From: Candidatus Cloacimonadales bacterium
GTDB lineage: Bacteria; Cloacimonadota; Cloacimonadia; Cloacimonadales; JAIOQZ01
Reading direction: 5' to 3'
Length of the DNA stretch: 64,000 nucleotides
Assembly: GCA_963674825.1 (NCBI GenBank)
Contig: OY771587.1
Location: 3,543,812-3,607,811, forward strand
The position numbers and the translations under genes are program-made. Under the pieces are notes generated by a model, which was given only the letters and a program-made list of their open reading frames with translations, searched no databases and was not told where the DNA came from. This document shows positions 57,913-64,000 of this stretch, piece after piece. Every line of letters begins with the position of its first letter. Position 1 is the first letter of the stretch.

Positions 57913-58311
57913 TTAGTTATTTAGGTTTAGAACATTAACGACATTATTGGAGAGATGATGAGATATCGAGCAATAATTACTGAGCAGCTTACGAAGTACT
58001 TCCAGCCTATCCCGCATCAACCCAAGCCAAATGCTGTGCTCTACCCCGTCATCGTAGTGGTCGAAGGCATTGCCGGTATTGTAGGGCGGATCGATGTAGA
58101 TGCACTTCACCTGCCCGGCGTATTCCTCTTCGAGAGCCTTGAGCGCGAGAAGGTTGTCCCCGTGGATGAGGATGTTGTCGAAGATGTCGTCCTGGGTCAC
58201 GTGGTGCGGTGCGTGGTAACTGTATTGCGGGTTTTCGAGAAGGATGCGCGGCTCCAGCCGTGGCTTGTTCTCCTTCCCGATCCATGTCAGTTCGAGCTTT
58301 TGGTTGGGCAT
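57913..58311 (-). pseudogene. 5' fragment of an N6-adenine DNA methyltransferase (Type III Mod-like / DPPY class)
   Basis: MPNQKLELTWIGKENKPRLEPRILLE...NLLALKAL...VKCIYIDPPYNTGNAFDHYDDGVEHSIWLGLMRDRLEVLRKLL, then unrelated residues and a stop. Only ~115 aa of an expected 500+ aa remain. Confidence 0.7.
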
Positions 58312-58352
58312 TGGGATTCGTCCTTATAGATATTTTCTTATTCAAATAATTG

Positions 58353-60053
58353 TTAGCTTCTGATTCTTGTCAATGCAACACTGTATCCCATCGAGCGAAT
58401 TGCTTGTACCCTGCCAATTAGATCAATTTTCGCAAACAACGTCAATGTACCTGAGAAATTCTTCAATGTTGTGTCGGCATTTGCAGGTATAGAATGTTTT
58501 TCATCGTAAATAGCAAATACAATGCATATCTCTTCCCTCATTGCGGATTTAAGATCTTTCAGTTGGTGCTTATCTTTCGCTGACAAATCTGCTTTTCCAT
58601 CCAAATCCGAATTATGAACCTTATCTCTAAATTCACTGTGGTGATGATATTCTTGAATCGATAGTAAACCTTGAGAAAAGAGTTCTCTGAGTGACGCTCC
58701 TGAATCATGTTTTATATGAATCAAAAGCTGTTTGTTTACTTTTTCTCCGAGTAAATCACAGAATTCGATTGTATCAAAACCACCCACAGAGCGGACAAAA
58801 TGCTTATGTAAAATCGTAAATTTCGTTGCGCAACTGCTGATGTAGTCGTCTTCCGTCTTGCATGCAGTCGTCCATGATGGCATCCCGATTTCTGTCGGAC
58901 TATAGCACTTAATGCCGTTGATCTCTTTATCTATCAATTGGATGAATGCCCTATTTGCTTGATACCATCGATTGCCAATTACAAAATACGTTTCATTTTG
59001 ATATGTGACATCCCCGCAAATGTACTCCGAAAGGAGTTTTCTTGGTGTTGAGGGTCGATCATCGGAATACTTACAAACAACCTGTATTTCGCCTAACTTA
59101 GCGTTTTGGTTCAGCGAAAGGTAATCCGATACTTTGGTCATTACCTCATCTGGATCGGAAGCCGATTCCTTCCATGGACCGTCATTGATTCTAAACTCTT
59201 CGACCTGATCAGATAGAAATCCTGTTTCCATATCATCCAGATACAATTCCCCAAGCCTGCTACCACTTTTCACCATGTTGTGTAATGCCTGAACAAGGCT
59301 ATTCACCAATCTCATGCGTGTTTTAGGGTCTATGAAATCAAGTTCGGGCAAGTCGTCCGACGTTTTGCCAGTATTCCAGATATTATCAATATCGTAGATA
59401 AATTGATGCACCTCGTCAAGGCTCTTCTTGCCCGTAATTTGCAATGAATCACCAGCAATGATACTCCTCCCTATTTCGATATCTTTTCCCTTGTATTTAT
59501 GCTTGATTGTTTTTTCGCTATTTGCCGGTATTGCTCGAATATGCGTGATAATTCTATGCAAGTTGTCTATATCACCTTTCGGCCTGTAGTTTCCCTTGAA
59601 AATCCGGTCGATGCTGTTCAATATTCCATGCGTCTCTTTCTGGTTTAATCCGCGTAAGTGCAAGCTACCTAATATCTTCTTTGCTAATGTGATGCCAAAT
59701 CTTGGTTCATGGTACTTCTGCGCAGTTATAGCGTGGAATCCTGTTCCCCCTGTACAGGCATAGATATTGTTCCCAACCTTAATCAAATAAACGAATCCTG
59801 AAGATTTTACTTGTGGAGGGATTCCACCGAACTCTGACAGATCCACACCCTTTCCTTTAAACAAAGTGTACCAGGGAGCGTCATTATCTTTCTGTGTTTT
59901 GAAATACAGCTCAGAGTAGAACTCAGTATTATCGAAGTGAGCGACCTGCACAAAGCCAGGAAAAGATATCGTCTGAGAGTCAACATCTTGATTTAGTTTA
60001 TAAAGCGTGATTTTCTTAGCAATGTTTTCAGATTTGTTTTTGTTCTCTGTCAT
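58353..60053 (-). CDS. 566-aa protein of unrecognised family; C-terminal PD-(D/E)xK-like motif; partner of the SNF2 helicase
   Basis: ATG at 60053 lies 6 nt after AGGAGG (60060-60065) and 27 nt downstream of the helicase stop. Motif FDTIEFCDLLGEKVNKQLLIHIKHDSGASLRELFSQG is encoded at 58668-58778. Confidence 0.7.
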   Translation of the reverse strand: MTENKNKSENIAKKITLYKLNQDVDSQTISFPGFVQVAHFDNTEFYSELYFKTQKDNDAPWYTLFKGKGVDLSEFGGIPPQVKSSGFVYLIKVGNNIYACTGGTGFHAITAQKYHEPRFGITLAKKILGSLHLRGLNQKETHGILNSIDRIFKGNYRPKGDIDNLHRIITHIRAIPANSEKTIKHKYKGKDIEIGRSIIAGDSLQITGKKSLDEVHQFIYDIDNIWNTGKTSDDLPELDFIDPKTRMRLVNSLVQALHNMVKSGSRLGELYLDDMETGFLSDQVEEFRINDGPWKESASDPDEVMTKVSDYLSLNQNAKLGEIQVVCKYSDDRPSTPRKLLSEYICGDVTYQNETYFVIGNRWYQANRAFIQLIDKEINGIKCYSPTEIGMPSWTTACKTEDDYISSCATKFTILHKHFVRSVGGFDTIEFCDLLGEKVNKQLLIHIKHDSGASLRELFSQGLLSIQEYHHHSEFRDKVHNSDLDGKADLSAKDKHQLKDLKSAMREEICIVFAIYDEKHSIPANADTTLKNFSGTLTLFAKIDLIGRVQAIRSMGYSVALTRIRS

Positions 60054-60080
60054 TCTAGTCCTCCTGGGCATGGATGGTTT

Positions 60081-62936
60081 CTATTTTATATCCCACCTTA
60101 CACTGAACAGCACCTCTTTCGAGGTCTGCTGAACCAGTTTATTCTCGATTTCTTTGATGAAATTGTCGCGTTTCCGATCGATATCATCCTGTGCATCAAA
60201 CAGCGACCTTCTCTTCTGGCTTCTTTGGGTTTCGAGAGCCCGGAGCTTTCGCTGCCCTTCGAGCTTTTCTTCAAGGGTTGGCGAAAGGGTCGTTGCACGG
60301 CGCACTTCTCTGATTTCCCTGTCGATATCCTTGATATCCCTTTCGAGCTCGGATTTCAGGTCTTCCGCCCATTCGTCCAGCTTCATTGCCTCGGTATCGT
60401 AGAACTGGGTATTCCTTTTCTCAACCTCTTTCTGTATAGCTTCATACCGTCCCGTGAGGCGTTCGTGGCAGAACTCATCAAAGAGGATTTCGGTCAAATC
60501 CTGCACCATTGTGGCGGGGACGTCGAACATTCTTCGGGCAATTTCCGGATCAATGATTTCTCCGGCATCCGTGCAGCAATCGAGAACGATGTATTCTTCT
60601 GTCACATTCATAGATTCGATTGTGAATAGCACTGCTCGCAGTACACCTGACCACCCGATGTAAGGTTCGAGAGACGTGATTTTACCCTCATACTCGCTGA
60701 GGTGGAAGGAAATGGACGCTGGTTGTAATTCGCGCCTTGTTGCCCTTTTCAGAAGGTATTGCGCCATCGGATGTGAGGGTCTGTATAGCATCGCATGACC
60801 GGATCTCCGCGGTAATTCGTACAAACCCAAGTCGAATTGTTTGCCGTCCGGATTTGAAAGCAATGTGAAGGATGACTCCGAGTTGAATTGCGCATGATCG
60901 CCCAATTCGATTTTCGTGAACCGTATCAGAAGCTTTTCGAACTTCGACAGGCATTCATTGGATCTTTTATCCCGGACTCGTAGCTTCTCCCTGACTTCAT
61001 CGTCGAAGTTTTCCATCAACTTCTGACTCGTCTGCGTCATTTCATCATCGATTTCCTGGGACATCTCTTCACGGAGCTTAGCAAACGCTTGCTCGATCTC
61101 TTCCTCCGTTCTGCATTTCTGATAGATATCCACAATCCGTTTCTCGAAATCTACACCCGACTCAATTGAGCCAAGAACCTCGTCGCTCGATCCGAATACA
61201 CCTTCGAACAGCTTGAATTTCTCGGAGAGCAGTTCGAATACACGCTTATCAGCGGCGTTCTTGGTATTCAAAAAATTGACCACGACAACATCATGCTTCT
61301 GACCATAGCGATGGCAGCGACCGATCCTCTGTTCTACGCGCTGAGGATTCCAAGGCAGATCATAATTCACCACCAATGAGCAAAACTGCAAGTTGATACC
61401 CTCTGCACCGGCTTCGGTTGCAATCATGATTTTCCCTTCATCACGAAAATAATCTACGATTGCTGAGCGTTTGTCCGCTGTTCGACTCCCCGTAACTCGA
61501 TCAGTACCTTTGTTTTTCTCTTTCCAATCCTGATAGATTGTCTTCGATCGTTCATCGTTGTTGGACCCGTTGAATAGAACGATTCCTTCAGAAAACGGGC
61601 TATTGGAAAGCAAATCGACCAAATAATTCTGCGTTCTTTTCGATTCGGTAAAGATGATTGCCTTCTGAGGTGCTCCAAATTCTTCAGCATACTCAAACGC
61701 CCGTTGCAATACTTGAAGTAGGGATTGACCTTTTTCATTGATTTTGATCGATTCTGCCAAGTCACGGTATTCTCCTAGATCATCAATCTCCTTCTTGAGT
61801 GCAATGATATCGGAATCCGTTAGAACTTCATCCTGGGAATCCTCTTCCCATTCATCAGACTCTTCTGTGTATGATTCGAAATCTTCGGACAATTCCTGAG
61901 CAATGATGTCCTGTGCTTCTTCGTGCCGATTCAACTTAGATAGAAGACGCTTTCTCATCGTATCCAGTGCACCGGCAATCGCGTAGGATGAAGAAGCTAG
62001 TTGCTTCCTTAAAACCAGGATGATAAGTGTTCGTTGGCTGTTTGGTAAAGCCTGAAGGTTTTCTCGTCGTAGATACTCAGAAACGAGATCATACAGCCTC
62101 ATCTCTGTTTCGCTTGGTGTGAATTCTTGAAGCATGGGGTGCCGTTTGGTGTATTTGATATAAGGCTCCACCTGCCTGCGAAGTGTGCGATGGCAGAATG
62201 GCTTGATTCGCAAACGCAGATGTTCGAATACTCCTTTGTCTCTTACCTTGGCATACCTGTCACGGAAGCTTCTGACGTCTCCAAATGCCTGGTCATCCAG
62301 AATACTTATCAATCCGTACAGTTCAAGGAGTGAGTTTTGCAAAGGTGTTGCTGTTAATAGTAATTTCTGACTACTTCGCAGAGTGTTTTTCAGCACGTTT
62401 CCGATCACGTTTGATGGTTTGTAAACATTGCGAAGTCTGTGCGCTTCGTCAATTACAACGAGATCCCATGGTATGCTTCGAACATCTTCAGCCTTCGACT
62501 TCGCGAAATGATAAGAACAAATGATGATCTTATCACTGCTGAATGGATTGATATTGCGCTTCTTCAGTATCTGGTTGTAGGTTTTTGATTCTAAGATGGA
62601 AGAATCCAGGAAGAATTTATCCGCCAGCTCCTGGTACCACTGCTTCCTGAGATTTGCCGGTGTGATGATCAGGATTTTCCTCTTTCGCTCAGCCCATCGT
62701 TGAGAAATAACAAGCCCAGCCTCAATCGTTTTTCCCAAACCCACTTCATCGGCTAAGATTACACCTTTTGTGAGTGGAGAATGAAAAGGGAATAACGCGG
62801 CATCTATCTGGTGTGGATTCAGGTCGATCGTGGCATCAGCCAGAGTTCCTGTCATTTTCTCGAGACTATCAGATGCATATTGGCGCATCAACTCAGTAGC
62901 AAAAAGCTTGGAATGGTATTTCGTCTGTGCTTCCAT
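60081..62936 (-). CDS. SNF2-family (SF2) helicase/translocase with a ~330-aa C-terminal extension
   Basis: Motif I ILADEVGLGKT (GLGKT at 62727-62741), II VVIDEAHRLRN, III LLLTATPLQNSLLELYGL, V/VI NYDLPWNPQRVEQRIGRCHRYGQK. The last ~120 aa form a charged, coiled-coil-like stretch. Confidence 0.9.
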   Translation of the reverse strand: MEAQTKYHSKLFATELMRQYASDSLEKMTGTLADATIDLNPHQIDAALFPFHSPLTKGVILADEVGLGKTIEAGLVISQRWAERKRKILIITPANLRKQWYQELADKFFLDSSILESKTYNQILKKRNINPFSSDKIIICSYHFAKSKAEDVRSIPWDLVVIDEAHRLRNVYKPSNVIGNVLKNTLRSSQKLLLTATPLQNSLLELYGLISILDDQAFGDVRSFRDRYAKVRDKGVFEHLRLRIKPFCHRTLRRQVEPYIKYTKRHPMLQEFTPSETEMRLYDLVSEYLRRENLQALPNSQRTLIILVLRKQLASSSYAIAGALDTMRKRLLSKLNRHEEAQDIIAQELSEDFESYTEESDEWEEDSQDEVLTDSDIIALKKEIDDLGEYRDLAESIKINEKGQSLLQVLQRAFEYAEEFGAPQKAIIFTESKRTQNYLVDLLSNSPFSEGIVLFNGSNNDERSKTIYQDWKEKNKGTDRVTGSRTADKRSAIVDYFRDEGKIMIATEAGAEGINLQFCSLVVNYDLPWNPQRVEQRIGRCHRYGQKHDVVVVNFLNTKNAADKRVFELLSEKFKLFEGVFGSSDEVLGSIESGVDFEKRIVDIYQKCRTEEEIEQAFAKLREEMSQEIDDEMTQTSQKLMENFDDEVREKLRVRDKRSNECLSKFEKLLIRFTKIELGDHAQFNSESSFTLLSNPDGKQFDLGLYELPRRSGHAMLYRPSHPMAQYLLKRATRRELQPASISFHLSEYEGKITSLEPYIGWSGVLRAVLFTIESMNVTEEYIVLDCCTDAGEIIDPEIARRMFDVPATMVQDLTEILFDEFCHERLTGRYEAIQKEVEKRNTQFYDTEAMKLDEWAEDLKSELERDIKDIDREIREVRRATTLSPTLEEKLEGQRKLRALETQRSQKRRSLFDAQDDIDRKRDNFIKEIENKLVQQTSKEVLFSVRWDIK

Positions 62937-63145
62937 CCAATATCCTTATCGGTTAATCTGGATCGTTAATCAAGCAATTCGGACATAATCATTAGAGGCA
63001 AGCAATTGTTAACCAATAGGAATTTTTGGATTGTTCTTGTCAATCTTATATCTTTTTCTGAACTTGATCGCTGTATATAAATGAATAATGTGAAGTTGTT
63101 CAAAGTGCTTCTACACACCACTCTTCCCTACCTCACGAACCACCA

Positions 63146-63200
63146 ACATTCACAACAATGCACAGACATTCACAGGCTGTTTGTCAGTCATTTGTCAGTC
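63146..63200. repeat. Short direct repeats upstream of the helicase operon: ACATTCACA twice (63146, 63166) and TTTGTCAGTC twice (63180, 63191)
   Basis: Read directly in the 580-nt AT-rich region between the helicase start and the next gene. Confidence 0.7.
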
Positions 63201-63516
63201 GGGTTGTTTTGGTAGGGGCTATCCTGTTATGGTTGTGTAGATTGCGAAAAGCGCTGTTTGGCTTCTAAGGGATATGGCGTGTTATTACACAGCATTATTT
63301 CATAGACCAGAGAACAGAGATCATCCACATGCATTGAAAACGATAGGATACAATGGTTCGCCACGAAATCGTGAATATTTTCCGATAAACAGAAAATATT
63401 TCTTGCCATAATCGTGAAAGCTTTTATGCTTTGGGCATAACCTGCTGATAAATAGTCATTAAAAGGGATGACTGATCAGTGGCACATTTCATGCATTTCA
63501 TATTTGCGAGGTTATC

Positions 63517-63879
63517 ATGAAGAAATTTCTGATTGTCGATGATCAAGTTCTATATTTGAAGTCGCTGAAAGCTTTGTTCTCGAAGAACTATAAGGTTGTA
63601 ACGGCTTCTTCTTATGATGAAGCGATTGAGCAGTTACAGAATCCTGTTGATATCGCATTGATCGATATACGCCTTGATGAGGACGACGAGAATAATGCTG
63701 ATGGGCTGAAATTGCTGAAGTGGATTCAGCAAAACAGCCCGTCAATCTCGTGCTTTACCATGAGTGCATACACGGATTTCGGATACACAGAGAAAGCGCT
63801 TTCATCAGGAGCCAGGTATTTCTTCAGGAAACCCATCGATATAAAAACGCTGACAGATATCATCAAGGAAAAGGGATAA
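63517..63879 (+). CDS. Stand-alone response-regulator receiver (CheY-like) protein
   Basis: FLIVDD...DIALIDIRL...TMSAY...YFFRKP. RBS GAGG. The stop overlaps the next ATG (TAATG). Confidence 0.85.
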   Translation: MKKFLIVDDQVLYLKSLKALFSKNYKVVTASSYDEAIEQLQNPVDIALIDIRLDEDDENNADGLKLLKWIQQNSPSISCFTMSAYTDFGYTEKALSSGARYFFRKPIDIKTLTDIIKEKG

Positions 63880-64000
63880 TGCTACAACAGCTGTTGGTGA
63901 ATGGTTTTATCCTTGGGTCTGTCTATTCGATGATGGCTTTAGGATTTGCTCTGATTTACAATACGACTCACATTTTCCATATTGCATATGCAGGTGTATA
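63879..64000 (+). CDS. livH: Branched-chain amino acid ABC transporter permease (LivH-like), 5' part; continues beyond the window
   Basis: MLQQLLVNGFILGSVYSMMALGFALIYNTTHIFHIAYAGV matches the conserved LivH N-terminus. Confidence 0.75.
   Translation, partial: MLQQLLVNGFILGSVYSMMALGFALIYNTTHIFHIAYAGV

Noticed and set aside
60054-60071. Earlier start MPRRTR for the helicase partner gene
   Set aside because: The AGGAGG lies inside this extension, with ideal spacing to the second ATG at 60053.
63227-63409. 60-aa ORF in the helicase upstream region
   Set aside because: It has no RBS, lies in an AT-rich context and has no recognisable motif.
54958-63516. Intact integrative element with integrase and an att duplication of the tRNA 3' end
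   Set aside because: No tyrosine or serine recombinase-like ORF exists in any frame, and I could not find the tRNA 3' sequence (GTCGTGCCGGGGGCGCCA or its sub-words) repeated at the distal side.

Overview
This 64-kb window is a densely coded chromosomal segment from a Gram-negative-type bacterium. My guess is an uncultivated Cloacimonadota-like or FCB-type lineage. That guess rests only on five secreted proteins ending in an ~80-aa YPNPFNPE...LLK sorting-type C-terminal domain, so it is inference. Positions 1-46 kb are mostly housekeeping and envelope genes. They include a GT1 fragment, a TolC-like OMP, ribBA, rluD, Trk/Ktr K+ uptake, adk, ligA, a DinB-family gene, a serpin, a DAHP synthase, argF, an ABC-F ATPase, a poly-HAMP MCP, a Na/Pi-PhoU transporter and phnCDE plus a HAD hydrolase. 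Several unusual domain fusions are mixed in: PHP+GT1, GT-B-like+Ppx/GppA, MBL+2xcNMP, and REC+degenerate McrB-like AAA+. Positions 46.3-53.0 kb hold four tandem ~1.69-kb paralogous genes for secreted seven-repeat FG-GAP propeller proteins. Their sequence blocks are shuffled between copies, and the array follows a Maf/CgeB-like glycosyltransferase gene. A tRNA-Arg(CCU) at 54881-54957 marks the start of an AT-richer ~8.5-kb island (to ~63.5 kb) with no integrase. The island contains a cluster of ~100-nt direct repeats and a decayed SIR2-domain gene, which has one homopolymer frameshift and two in-frame stops and may continue into an LRR ORF. It also holds a GC-rich 5' fragment of an adenine DNA methyltransferase. 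The last island component is an apparently intact pair: a 951-aa SNF2-family helicase plus a 566-aa protein of no recognisable family with a PD-(D/E)xK-like motif. I rate that helicase-partner pair, in its decaying defence-island context, as the best candidate for an undescribed system. All family calls come from reading translated motifs; no database search was possible.
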